This document shows positions 18,440-28,290 of a stretch of 64,000 bases of DNA, piece after piece. The notes under the pieces are model-generated. The model searched no databases and was not told the origin of the DNA. It was given only the letters and a program-made list of their open reading frames with translations. How positions within the stretch are numbered: position 1 is the first letter of the stretch; every line of letters begins with the position of its first letter. A program made the translations under genes and the position numbers. The stretch is from a virus: the IMG/VR virus record IMGVR_UViG_3300028601_000032, positions 7,238 through 71,237 of that record. The stretch is one strand, 5' to 3'.

Positions 18440-18802
18440 ATGAATTCAAGAGCACTCCTTAAGCAATGTTTCACATGCAAACATAATCTCAAATGCTGGC
18501 GTCTTGAAGAACAAAGCCCGGATGGGATAGAAGCACGTTATAAAAAGATTAAATTTGTTTCTCTTGTTAAGTGGATATGGGGGATGAGAGGACGCAGCCT
18601 AAAACAGTTTGAGTATTCCGGTATAAGAACTTGCATAGATGCAATTAATCCGTCTATCGCACTGAATCAGGGGCTTTCAGATGCTTATACTCAGCAGGTT
18701 ATGGCAGTCCTTGAAGCTCATGCAGGTTCTAAGGATGATTGGTGGTGTTGTCCTGGGGAGGATCCAGATGCAAATGAGGAATGGATTTATGAAATGAGGT
18801 AA
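18440..18802 (+). CDS. Hypothetical protein
   Basis: GAGGTGA RBS; CxxC near the N-terminus. Confidence 0.6.
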   Translation: MNSRALLKQCFTCKHNLKCWRLEEQSPDGIEARYKKIKFVSLVKWIWGMRGRSLKQFEYSGIRTCIDAINPSIALNQGLSDAYTQQVMAVLEAHAGSKDDWWCCPGEDPDANEEWIYEMR

Positions 18803-18805
18803 AAA

Positions 18806-19186
18806 ATGGACTACAGGATAATTGAATGTTTATTTTCCATAATAGGAGTCATTTTATCTAGCATATTAATCTGGGGCTGGACATATGAAATGCGATATAA
18901 ATTCAAAGTTAAATATTTTCTTCGCCCTAAATTCAAAAAAGGCGATTGTGTTTTAGTCCCAGACAGGAATAATAAACCCACTCTCGCACAAATTCGACAT
19001 GTGTTCACTGATTGGAAATATAGAGTAATAAGCTATGAAGTGTATCCTACGTTTTTTGGAAATAATTATGTCGATTTTGAGTATTTTGAACAGTTTAATT
19101 ATAATGAGAGTTTGGTATATGATGTGATGAATTATTATGATATGAAAATGTGGGACAAATGGATGGACGAAAAAAATAAAAGTTAA
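18806..19186 (+). CDS. Membrane-anchored protein with SH3/KOW-like domain
   Basis: N-terminal TM; PKFKKGDCVLV motif. Confidence 0.5.
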   Translation: MDYRIIECLFSIIGVILSSILIWGWTYEMRYKFKVKYFLRPKFKKGDCVLVPDRNNKPTLAQIRHVFTDWKYRVISYEVYPTFFGNNYVDFEYFEQFNYNESLVYDVMNYYDMKMWDKWMDEKNKS

Positions 19187-19332
19187 TTTTTGCTATACGT
19201 TTCTATCTGAGTTTCCCTTTTATTTACTCAGAATTATATATCTTTTTTTCGCTGTTTAAAACCGGTGTCTAGCGACACGGTTAAAAAGTGCCTATGTGTT
19301 TCTCGTTTTTAGGGAGAATAGCAAGCTTTTAT

Positions 19333-19457
19333 TTTAGTTTACAAAACAATAAGAAATGTAAACTAAACATATACATATTCTCTGTTTTTCCTCTTATTTT
19401 TACTCAAATTTAATTGAAATTCCATGTTTAGTTTACATTACTTCTATCTTGTAAACT
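19333..19457. repeat. Two palindromic sites built from a TTTAGTTTACA arm, in inverted arrangement
   Basis: tttagtttaca-13 nt-tgtaaactaaa (19333-19367) and atgtttagtttaca-12 nt-tgtaaact (19424-19457). Confidence 0.75.
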
Positions 19458-19500
19458 TTTATTTAATTAACTATTAATACTATTATTACTATTACTATGT

Positions 19501-19638
19501 ATGGAATACTTAACTATACATTGCTCAGGATGTGGGCAAAAATGGAACTACAAAGGTAAGAAATTGAAACTTATTGAAGAAGGAAAGCGGGTTTATGTTT
19601 CCTGCCCGACCTGTCATAAAAACATAAAAATTGATTGA
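19501..19638 (+). CDS. Small zinc-ribbon protein (45 aa, not in ORF track)
   Basis: MEYLTIHCSGCGQKW...SCPTCHKNIKID. Confidence 0.65.
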   Translation: MEYLTIHCSGCGQKWNYKGKKLKLIEEGKRVYVSCPTCHKNIKID

Positions 19639-19815
19639 AATATGAAACATTAGAACTTCAGGATAAAAATATTGCCATGTCAAAGCAAATGAAAAAACTC
19701 GAAAACGAACTTAGTCTGTATAAAGACTTCTTTGTAAATAACGAAGTTAAAGTTTTTCTGAAAGATAAAGAGAAATAAAACGTAAGGAGGGGTAGATATA
19801 AACTCGCTTGCAGTC

Positions 19816-20469
19816 TTGGGAGCCTCCGACGTCGTTCTAAAGAAACCCGTCGACTACTTGACAAGAGAAGAATTGGACACTCTTAAAAGAGCTTGCCTAA
19901 TAACCTATGAACGCTCTAAAAAGACTGAAAACGATGAATGGATAAAAGACAGGGATTCTTTGTTACTCTCTTTGATGTGGGTTACAGGTGGGCGCATAGC
20001 AGACTGTTTAACGTTCACAGATTACAACCTGAACATAAAAGAAAGAACTATAACATTCACTGTTAAAAAAAGGAAAGTTAGAGATTACAAATATGAAGAC
20101 CCTAAACCCTTTGTTCATACTGTTTCCCTCGATAATGAAACACTTTTTGAAGTGCTTGATTATACCCGAAAATGGGAAATAAAAGGGTTATTGTTCGCTT
20201 CGAGGAGGAAGAGTAATAAATCATTAACAAGACAGGCGATTAATAAAAAACTCAATGAATACTCAGATCTTGTAGGAATCCGGCATATTCACCCTCATAT
20301 GTTCCGGCATGGATTAGCTATGTTCTTGCAGTCTCAGGGCGTGCCTATAGAGGTTATTTCGTTTAGATTGGCACATTCGAGTACAAGGATTACTTTGGAG
20401 ACTTATGCGAGGATGTCGGCATCTCAGGAGAGGAGTATTATTGAGAGTTTGGGTGTGAGGTTGAGGTAA
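19816..20469 (+). CDS. Tyrosine recombinase/integrase, catalytic domain only
   Basis: GGR(R), HPHMFRH (HxxR), LAHS (H) and TY (Y) intact; only 217 aa. Confidence 0.9.
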   Translation: MGASDVVLKKPVDYLTREELDTLKRACLITYERSKKTENDEWIKDRDSLLLSLMWVTGGRIADCLTFTDYNLNIKERTITFTVKKRKVRDYKYEDPKPFVHTVSLDNETLFEVLDYTRKWEIKGLLFASRRKSNKSLTRQAINKKLNEYSDLVGIRHIHPHMFRHGLAMFLQSQGVPIEVISFRLAHSSTRITLETYARMSASQERSIIESLGVRLR

Positions 20470-20834
20470 TATTATAATTGAGAGATATTGAAAAAAGACT
20501 TACTGAATGGGGAATATTGAGGAAGTAAAGAATCTGAAGAGTGCTCTTCTTAACGTTTTTTAAAGAAGGAGTGTGAAAAGTAAATGAAAAAAGATTTAAT
20601 ATCTGTTAAAATTCCAGAAACAAAACAAGAGTGTAACTCAATGAGAAAATGTTGGAAATGTTCAATTTATATCAGTGCCGCTCAGGGAGACGACTTCTTT
20701 GGATGTTTTGATCCTGAAAAAATGAAAAGCAACGTTGAAGAATTATTTAATTGTTTCTGAAAACCAAGGTTGGAACAAGGGAGTGGAGATTGAAGGAAGA
20801 TTAAAAATTAATTGAATGATCGGAGCCACCAAAA

Positions 20835-21989
20835 ATGATTAATGTTTTAATTGGAGATTGCAGAGAAGTTCTCAAGACGCTTCCTGGAAAGTCCGTTCAT
20901 TGTTGTGTAACAAGCCCTCCTTATTACGGTTTGAGAGACTACGAAGTAGATGGACAAATAGGTTTAGAGCAGACCCCTGAAGAATATGTTTCTGAGCTTG
21001 TGGGAGTATTCAGAGAGGTTAAGCGGGTTTTAAGAGATGATGGGACGGTCTGGTTAAATTTGGGAGATTCTTATTCAGGTGGTGGGCGTGGTGGAGATCC
21101 TAAACATAAAAAAGATAGCAATTCAGCAGAGAAGACAGCACCGAGTTACAAAGGGATTCCAGCAAAAAATTTAATTGGTATCCCCTGGCGCGTAGCTTTC
21201 GCACTTCAAGCAGATGGTTGGTATCTCAGGCAAGATATTATCTGGCAAAAAAACAATCCGATGCCGGAAAGCGTAAGGGACAGATGCACTAAATCACATG
21301 AGTATATTTTTTTGTTGTCGAAATCTCAGAAGTATTATTTTGATAATGAAGCGATAAAAGAAGAAAGTGTCACGTGTGACCCAAGGCGACCATACACAAG
21401 CAATGGAGCGAAACAGTTAGATGGGAGAGATAACTGGCACTCAGGAGAACCAAGAGAGATGGGAGATTTCACAAAGAGAAATAAACGTTCTGTCTGGCAA
21501 GTAAACACAACGCCATATAAAGGCGCACACTTTGCAACATTTCCAAGTAAGTTAATTGAACCATGTATTTTAGCTGGAACTGCTGAACATGGAGTATGCT
21601 CTGTATGTGGAAGTCCATATAAAAGGGCGATTGAAAAAACAGGGGAATTTCAAAGAAGATGGTCTAAATCAAATGCTGACGGGTCGCCTTACAATTCTCA
21701 GGAAAGTATGCAGAACACATATGAAACCGTAGGCTGGAAACCATCTTGTTCTTGTAATGCTCCTTCTATCCCTGCAACGGTTCTGGACCCATTTGGAGGA
21801 TCTGGTACAGTAGGGCAGTGGTGTAATCAAAATAATAGAAATGCCATATTAATAGAGCTGAATCCTGAATACAAACAACTCATTGAAGATAGGATTAACT
21901 CTAAACCAAAGAATCACCACAAGAAAATTAAAGCTTCTCCGTTGGAAAAATGCACATTGCAACAGAATTTAATTCAATATTTCTCTTAA
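20835..21989 (+). CDS. Beta-class N4-C/N6-A DNA methyltransferase
   Basis: Motif IV VTSPPY precedes motif I DPFGGSGT; Cys-rich insert; no cognate restriction enzyme adjacent. Confidence 0.92.
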   Translation: MINVLIGDCREVLKTLPGKSVHCCVTSPPYYGLRDYEVDGQIGLEQTPEEYVSELVGVFREVKRVLRDDGTVWLNLGDSYSGGGRGGDPKHKKDSNSAEKTAPSYKGIPAKNLIGIPWRVAFALQADGWYLRQDIIWQKNNPMPESVRDRCTKSHEYIFLLSKSQKYYFDNEAIKEESVTCDPRRPYTSNGAKQLDGRDNWHSGEPREMGDFTKRNKRSVWQVNTTPYKGAHFATFPSKLIEPCILAGTAEHGVCSVCGSPYKRAIEKTGEFQRRWSKSNADGSPYNSQESMQNTYETVGWKPSCSCNAPSIPATVLDPFGGSGTVGQWCNQNNRNAILIELNPEYKQLIEDRINSKPKNHHKKIKASPLEKCTLQQNLIQYFS

Positions 21990-22162
21990 TGTCTCCTTTT
22001 GTACATTGTTCTCTAGTTAATGTTTTTGATATACGTTAACCCTTATAATATTCATTTCCTCTTTTTTCATAATTCTAATAATTTCTCATATTAATTTAGA
22101 GGCTATGCGTTTCTTAACAAAATTGTTCTATAGACTATAGAAATATAAAATGTTTGACCGAT

Positions 22163-22408
22163 TTAGTGATTATTAACCCACCTATCAATAGAACAAATGG
22201 CAGCCCCCGCAACATTTAACCCGCTGATGCTGCATACTCCAATAACATCCCAGAAATCTGTATCCTTCTGAAAATGCCCGCATGTCCGGCAGACCTGCAT
22301 TTCAAATGATTGAGATTTTTTTAATTGTTCGTGGTCATGTTTGATTTCTGCAAGAGTGGGAAAACAGTTCATGCACATATCGACCCTCTTAAGAGTATTA
22401 TACTTCAT
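22163..22408 (-). CDS. Cys-rich hypothetical protein
   Basis: CMNC, CRTCGH and two further Cys; overlaps the head protein gene. Confidence 0.55.
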   Translation of the reverse strand: MKYNTLKRVDMCMNCFPTLAEIKHDHEQLKKSQSFEMQVCRTCGHFQKDTDFWDVIGVCSISGLNVAGAAICSIDRWVNNH

Positions 22409-23213
22409 TGATTTTCATTTTCCATGCCTGTTCCTGTCCATCCCAGAACAAACCGGCTTCGTCCTTCAATCTCTGCCAGTATTTCGCATCATAGTCCTTC
22501 TCGGAATACTCCTGAGCGCGATGTCTGCAATGGGGTTCCCGGAGCACCTTCTCGGCGTAGTCGCTCTGAAGAGTTCCCCAGATGAATATCTGCCCCACAA
22601 GAGCTACATGGCTTGGGCGCGCTATCTCGTCTACAGGTCCCACAAAGACCCATCGTTCTTGCTGCAAGACAAGTGCCTGTTTTCGTCCTTCTTCATAAGC
22701 CCTGTGTGCTGCGATATCAGCGAGAAGAGAGGAATATACTAGGGTACTCGCTGAAAACGGCTTAGAGATGATCTTAGAGCGTTCCGAAATCGTGAGGTCT
22801 TTGTCAACATAGAGTTCTTTCTTTTTTTTGCCCACATTGTCAATTGTGATATTTTCTTTTCCTGAGAAAACATCTGAAACATATTTCTGGATTTCATCTT
22901 GAGTGCTGCCCGCTTCGGACATCTCTTTTACTTTGTTCAATATCTGATCTTGTGCGGAGGTATTGAATTTCTTGAGGGACCCCAAAAAGAGAGCTAACAG
23001 GATAGCGAGCTCGGCTTTTTCTTCGGTTGTTAGGCCGTCCTCTTCAGGATCTTCGGCTGAAATGAGAGGACGGGTAGATTTATGTTTTTGCCCTGCGCCC
23101 CGTCCTGCAAGATAGTTTTTTGCAAGTTCTTCGGTGAGGGCTTCGGCTTGGGTAGATTCTATTTTTTTAAAAGCTTTCTTAAGTGACTTCTTAAAGTCTT
23201 TGAGGTTAAACAT
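22398..23213 (-). CDS. Minor head morphogenesis protein (SPP1 gp7/Mu F-like)
   Basis: VDEIARPSH..G..REPHCRH motif; directly after portal. Confidence 0.75.
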   Translation of the reverse strand: MFNLKDFKKSLKKAFKKIESTQAEALTEELAKNYLAGRGAGQKHKSTRPLISAEDPEEDGLTTEEKAELAILLALFLGSLKKFNTSAQDQILNKVKEMSEAGSTQDEIQKYVSDVFSGKENITIDNVGKKKKELYVDKDLTISERSKIISKPFSASTLVYSSLLADIAAHRAYEEGRKQALVLQQERWVFVGPVDEIARPSHVALVGQIFIWGTLQSDYAEKVLREPHCRHRAQEYSEKDYDAKYWQRLKDEAGLFWDGQEQAWKMKINEV

Positions 23214-23215
23214 TG

Positions 23216-25000
23216 TTATTCCTCAAAAACGGTTTTCATTCCTTCTTCATATGCCTCTTGCAGTTTCTTAACTAATTCCGTTTCATCAAAATTCGAGGGA
23301 GCCGTAGGATCGGCAGAAATTAGCCCTCCATCCTGCATGGCTCCAAATAAACAAGCCTTCAAAATCGCATTAACCTCCTGGACCTGCTCCGGCCAGAGTG
23401 GATTGATCTGGGCCTCGTAGTTATCCAATCCCAACAGCCCGAACCCATACTCCTCTCCGAGTGCCTGAGAATCCATCTGGGAGGCTCCTACGCCCTTGAC
23501 TATAGCGAGCGTTTCAGCGTAAGTTTTCGCGACCTGAGCTTCAGTCAAAATGTCTTTTGTATCCGGTGTATCGAGGGTGAAGTGGGCCTTAATGTCCTCG
23601 AAAGAATAAGCTCCCTCTTCACCGTTCCATGTTTTTCCTGAAAACATCAATTTGATAAGCCGGTCTGCCGCTCCTTCATATTCAGTCCTCTCCCCTGTGT
23701 GAACTGAGTTGAAAATCTGTAAAATATTTCGAGAGCTGGCCAATTCCGTACCTGTCGCATCAATAAGAGATATTGGAAAACCGAATGCTTGACCGATCTC
23801 TTCATTAAGTTGATCGATGAGCATTTTTATGAAGTTCTCCGAAACCGATTTCGCACTTTCGACGGGCTCTAATGAGACATCAGGAGGAGTTGTAAGGACG
23901 CCTCCCTCTTTCATACTGCTAAGAACATTGTTTGAAAGTGTCTTCATTGAGTCCACCCACGAGTTGTAGGCTGCGATTTCGGCGGAATAATTAAAAGAGT
24001 TCTCGGCGGGTTTCCGGGGAGTTGACGTGACGAAAAACGGATTCCCGGACATGTCCTTTCCGAGCTGAACCATACCGTTCTTCGCGTGGATGAATGGGCT
24101 CAGGATAGAATAGATCAAGTTGGGAGAATTTGTAAGAAGTAATCTTTTCAACCAGATAGCCAGGATAACAGAATCTATCGGCGCATGATCCGTTTTTGTC
24201 TCACACTCGTCATAATAAACATTGTGAGGCTGTCTAACTTCTGTATTATGCATTGCCACAATGCGCTCGGCTGCTGCTATTCTCAGATTGTTGATATCTG
24301 AAATGCTATAATCAGTTTTGTATTTTTCAAAGAGAGCTTTAACCGCGTCACTGTTTCCTGTTTCCCGCTTGTCGATAAAAGTTGCATAGTGATCGAGGGT
24401 CCCGAAGGGAATAAACCATGAATCAACCTCTTCGGCGGTTCCATAAGACGAAAATGATTTATTAACGCGGGCTTTCTGATGATAAAAAATTATAGATGAG
24501 TCCCAGGGATCAGTATAAGTTCTGACTGTTGCCGGGGTGATCCTTTCGAGGTGGTGGATATTTCCGTCGGTATCCCGGTCAATTCTTCGGAATGAGTGCC
24601 CGACGAGGATGCCGTAATCTTTGTAGTCTTCCCGGAATACCTGCATTAGTTTGATGGATTCGACCCAATCTGTTATCTCTTCTATAGCCTGATAGTAGAG
24701 TTTGTTGTCCTTTGTTTGGATTGTAAACCCCTGAAGCAATGTATTTTTTAGATATGGATAGATTGTGCCGGATAGGAGCGGATCAGCTTCAAATGCTTCC
24801 TGCCGGAGTTTAGGGGTTGCATGTGGGATTTTGTTTTTTGTTTCCTGAATCCATTTTAGGAGGTTTTCGTGGGAGAGATAATGGTTTTCTAGGGGTTCTG
24901 ATGAGGACGCGCCTACGGTGGATGAGGATTTATCTGTTTGTGGTTGGGGGGATTGTTTGGAGGTTGTGGAAAAAAGAGAGGATATTTTAGGGAGTTGCAT
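23216..25000 (-). CDS. Portal protein
   Basis: 594 aa helical protein upstream of the gp7-like gene, with portal-like EIGQAFGFPISL segment. Confidence 0.7.
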   Translation of the reverse strand: MQLPKISSLFSTTSKQSPQPQTDKSSSTVGASSSEPLENHYLSHENLLKWIQETKNKIPHATPKLRQEAFEADPLLSGTIYPYLKNTLLQGFTIQTKDNKLYYQAIEEITDWVESIKLMQVFREDYKDYGILVGHSFRRIDRDTDGNIHHLERITPATVRTYTDPWDSSIIFYHQKARVNKSFSSYGTAEEVDSWFIPFGTLDHYATFIDKRETGNSDAVKALFEKYKTDYSISDINNLRIAAAERIVAMHNTEVRQPHNVYYDECETKTDHAPIDSVILAIWLKRLLLTNSPNLIYSILSPFIHAKNGMVQLGKDMSGNPFFVTSTPRKPAENSFNYSAEIAAYNSWVDSMKTLSNNVLSSMKEGGVLTTPPDVSLEPVESAKSVSENFIKMLIDQLNEEIGQAFGFPISLIDATGTELASSRNILQIFNSVHTGERTEYEGAADRLIKLMFSGKTWNGEEGAYSFEDIKAHFTLDTPDTKDILTEAQVAKTYAETLAIVKGVGASQMDSQALGEEYGFGLLGLDNYEAQINPLWPEQVQEVNAILKACLFGAMQDGGLISADPTAPSNFDETELVKKLQEAYEEGMKTVFEE

Positions 25001-25045
25001 ATATTAGACTGTATCAAAAAGAGATATAAGGGAAAATTAAAAATG

Positions 25046-25747
25046 TTACCAATCGCTCGGTTTCTCATTACGATATTCCGGCATCATAACACAGTCAATA
25101 TAATAACCTCCTTTATGTACCATGCCCTGACTGAATCGACTTGTGAGTCGTACCTTATCATATCCTCCCTCTACTGCTGCGTATTTGTCATAGTAAGACA
25201 GATACCTGATATTGTTTGTGATGAGGTATGCCCAGATGTCCCTCCAATCAAGATCACGAAGCGGAAAGGCCACACGTCTACTACCATCCATTTGTATGAG
25301 AGGTCCCTTAACTCGTCTTGTCCTACGTGTACTTTCCTGTCCCCTGATGCCAAGTAATTCAACCGTGCAATTATGTTTTTTCATGACTCTAAAAAGGTTC
25401 CCAAAAAATCTTTTTGAGTTTGGGGTTTTGTGCCCACAACTATATAGGATTTTTGCTCCTGCTTCCCTGCCGATCTTGACAATATCATCAGTCATTGCCT
25501 TTGGCATCTTGATCTGTTGAGATTCATAATCATATCCGGAGTCGCTGTAATAGACAGGGATCTGATTGTTCTGCCGCATGACCATATGGAGCAGAACAAG
25601 GCTGTCCTTGCCTCCGCTGTAGAGGACGACAGGCCATTCTGCCATAAGGATTTGTTTGATATTGTTTTCAGCCTCTTTGATCCGTGCAGCATATTCTGGC
25701 AATTCCGCCCATAATTCAAATAGTTCACGCCATTCGTCCGGCATCAT
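25046..25747 (-). CDS. cysH: CysH/PAPS-reductase-like protein of type IV-B Cas locus
   Basis: PP-loop YSGGKDS, GIRGQESTRR, PLRDLDWRDIWAY; lacks the C-terminal ECGLH tail. Confidence 0.85.
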   Translation of the reverse strand: MMPDEWRELFELWAELPEYAARIKEAENNIKQILMAEWPVVLYSGGKDSLVLLHMVMRQNNQIPVYYSDSGYDYESQQIKMPKAMTDDIVKIGREAGAKILYSCGHKTPNSKRFFGNLFRVMKKHNCTVELLGIRGQESTRRTRRVKGPLIQMDGSRRVAFPLRDLDWRDIWAYLITNNIRYLSYYDKYAAVEGGYDKVRLTSRFSQGMVHKGGYYIDCVMMPEYRNEKPSDW

Positions 25748-25756
25748 AGGACAACC

Positions 25757-26479
25757 TCAAAAATGTGAATAGAATATAGACCCCGGAGCTGCACACATGG
25801 TAATGTTTTTCTTATCCCAATACGGAGCTTTCCAGGCGAGCCTTTGAGCCACCGAAGGGATACCATACAGGTCCTTAAAATCTTTTGCTGGAAAGGGCCT
25901 CATACACTTCCCATCTTTCACAAAAGAATAGTCCTCTTCTGTTTCTTCAATTGATATTTTTCTGACAATCCCATAACCAATATCCGTTTTTTTTCCAAGT
26001 GCGGTGAGGTCTTCAAGGATTGAGCTGCATTCTTTTATATTTCCGTTATAATAAAATGTAACTGTTCTTGTAGGGATTACAGGAAATTTCATCATATAGT
26101 TCTTGAAAAACCCTTGCCCTAAACGGATTCTTTTGATTTTTGATTTCACATGGTCCAGGTGTTCCTCGTCAAATCTTTTGTAAACTGACTCTGTTTTCAC
26201 GACATCCGTGTCAAATTGAGAGACTGAAGAGTGATAAACTCCTTTTGTCTGTTTTAGAGGCAACTTTAGAATGTTATGGACAGGGAGCGGGTTTTTTGCA
26301 GGGAGGTTGTAATATTCATCTCTGAGAAGTTTTCTCATAAGTAGAGCCATTAGAACGCTGTCCCCGTGAATATACGGGTTTGCCAGGAGAAGAGGAGATC
26401 CTAGTTTGATTTCCACTTTGAAAGGTTGAAAGTTTGAAGGGGGGTTATATCCCTTCAACTTTCTATAGATAGACTGCAT
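25757..26479 (-). CDS. csf3: Csf3 (type IV Cas5-like RAMP)
   Basis: IHGDSVL, LPL..YHSS, KRFD, LGKKTDIGYG glycine loop, RPFP, APYW. Confidence 0.88.
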   Translation of the reverse strand: MQSIYRKLKGYNPPSNFQPFKVEIKLGSPLLLANPYIHGDSVLMALLMRKLLRDEYYNLPAKNPLPVHNILKLPLKQTKGVYHSSVSQFDTDVVKTESVYKRFDEEHLDHVKSKIKRIRLGQGFFKNYMMKFPVIPTRTVTFYYNGNIKECSSILEDLTALGKKTDIGYGIVRKISIEETEEDYSFVKDGKCMRPFPAKDFKDLYGIPSVAQRLAWKAPYWDKKNITMCAAPGSIFYSHF

Positions 26480-27297
26480 TATCTTGTCTCCAGCTCGCTT
26501 AGAGTATTGCAGATCTGCTCTTTGTTGTCTTCAATGAATTTCAGATACGCTGAATCATCATCAAGTTCATAATTCAGCTTCACAGTTCCGTATCCTACCC
26601 CAGACTTTCCCCCGATCCACGGGTGTTCTCTCCAAAGATTCAGGGCGCGAGCCAGGACAGCTTTCTCTACATCATTTGGATTGTCCAGGGCAAAGGAATG
26701 GACAAAGATGGTCCCCGGATTGATTACCTCAAAGCTCATAAGCATCTGGTGTGCGGCTTCTCCTTCTTGCCTTGCTTCTTTGATGTCGTCAAGCCGTGTC
26801 ATGAAATCGAATGATACAAGCTCATATATGCTTGTTGTTGGCTGTACTGGAAGGTCATCCGGCAGGAACTCCTTAAGCTCTGAACAGATAGGCTGAGCAA
26901 TTGCACATTTCAGTTTTCCCTCAAACATCTGGTTTCCGAGAGCTGTGCCTAGGACAGCGAGAGGGGGTAATTCGGCCCGAAGTCTTTTTTTCATGTCGAT
27001 ATCGATGAGCCCGGAGTCCTTGCTGTCAACAGCTTCAAGAATTCCACCTGTAAACAACATATGATATATTTTCATGTTTGCAAGGGTGTACCCGACTCTT
27101 TCAAGTAGATCGTCCCAGATCATCCGGCGTAATACCCCTCTTATGGCATTGCCAGAGATCACCGGAATTTCAATGACAGAATTGTCCACAATGTAAGCCT
27201 GTCTTCTGATAAGGCTCTGATTACCTGCTTTCTCGTCTCCTCCGTGATGAATAGGCGACTGTGCGGTAATGAATCCGGGTACTCGTAATACTGTCAT
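26479..27297 (-). CDS. csf2: Csf2 (type IV Cas7-like backbone)
   Basis: SPIHHG, IPVISGNAIRGVLRR, LFTGG, LGTALGNQMFEGKL, PICSE, IGGKSGVGYG. Confidence 0.93.
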   Translation of the reverse strand: MTVLRVPGFITAQSPIHHGGDEKAGNQSLIRRQAYIVDNSVIEIPVISGNAIRGVLRRMIWDDLLERVGYTLANMKIYHMLFTGGILEAVDSKDSGLIDIDMKKRLRAELPPLAVLGTALGNQMFEGKLKCAIAQPICSELKEFLPDDLPVQPTTSIYELVSFDFMTRLDDIKEARQEGEAAHQMLMSFEVINPGTIFVHSFALDNPNDVEKAVLARALNLWREHPWIGGKSGVGYGTVKLNYELDDDSAYLKFIEDNKEQICNTLSELETR

Positions 27298-27674
27298 TAG
27301 AATCCCTCCAAACTTGTATTACCTTTCATTTTCTTAGCTGTTTCAAACTGTTCTTTAGCTTCCTTCTGAGTCAAGAGGGCAACAAGCACTGATTCTTTCC
27401 CTATCATTTTCCTTACCCTTTCCCTTTCGTCTTCAAGCATTTCAATGTCAATAGTATCCATAGTTGCCGATGGCAGCCCTAATCCCTTACAAACCTTCTC
27501 AAGCATCTGAGGCACATTCTCCATTCCGGCCGCCGCCCTGAGTCTTTCTGAGAAAACATCAACTGAAGATCTTTTCATAGATGTCATATCTTTCCAGGAA
27601 ACTCTTTTCCAGATTCCAGAAAGTGTTTTTGCCAACAGCCCTCTTAATTCTTTGTCTGTGATTTCCATTCCCAT
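27297..27674 (-). CDS. Cas11-like small subunit of type IV-B
   Basis: 125-aa all-helical protein between csf1 and csf2, translationally coupled. Confidence 0.7.
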   Translation of the reverse strand: MGMEITDKELRGLLAKTLSGIWKRVSWKDMTSMKRSSVDVFSERLRAAAGMENVPQMLEKVCKGLGLPSATMDTIDIEMLEDERERVRKMIGKESVLVALLTQKEAKEQFETAKKMKGNTSLEGF

Positions 27675-27678
27675 TTTA

Positions 27679-28290
27679 TCAGCTCACGAATATAGCCAGA
27701 TCCCAGAGAGGGTTCCCGGCCAATAGTTTAACTTTTTCAATAAGTTCTATGTCGTACCCAAGCTTTTCATAGCTTTTCGCTTTGAAATTACCGGTGCTAA
27801 GTTCTGTTTTTGTGATTTTCTTTTCAAGGATGTCGGTGATAATATCACAATATTCTTTCAGTTTTTCAGTGTTCACCTCGATAAGATCATAATCAAGTCC
27901 AATCGTATAGTCAGTTTTTGACTCTTGCACTCGATTGATAAGATTAAGCCATCCCTGCTTTTTCCAGGTCTGGGTAAGGTATATCACGAAAGGGGGTTCA
28001 GGTGGGTTCAGTAAGAGTTCCTTCGCTCCGTCCCGCTTAACTTCGGTGAATGTTTCGTGGGTAACTGCCCATGCCTTCTTTCTATACATCTGCTCATTGT
28101 AGACGTGCCAGCATTCTGGGCAAATACAAGAGCCTCCTTGTATTAGGTCGTAAGCTGTGAATGTGTCTTTCAGTTCGGCTTTGTGTCCGGCTGTAGTCCC
28201 AAGCCCACATAAAATACAAGAACCTGTAAGCGTTCCTTGTTCTGGTTCGATGTTTCGAGCAGAGCATAAGAGTTTTGAAAGTGTTGTCAT
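27679..28290 (-). CDS. csf1: Csf1 (type IV Cas8-like large subunit)
   Basis: CILCG...ICPEC zinc site, FTAYD, LLNPPEPPFVIY..KKQGW. Confidence 0.85.
   Translation of the reverse strand: MTTLSKLLCSARNIEPEQGTLTGSCILCGLGTTAGHKAELKDTFTAYDLIQGGSCICPECWHVYNEQMYRKKAWAVTHETFTEVKRDGAKELLLNPPEPPFVIYLTQTWKKQGWLNLINRVQESKTDYTIGLDYDLIEVNTEKLKEYCDIITDILEKKITKTELSTGNFKAKSYEKLGYDIELIEKVKLLAGNPLWDLAIFVS

Noticed and set aside
19333-19367. Xer dif site
   Set aside because: The 13-nt spacer is too long for the 11-6-11 dif layout, and the two sites have different spacers.
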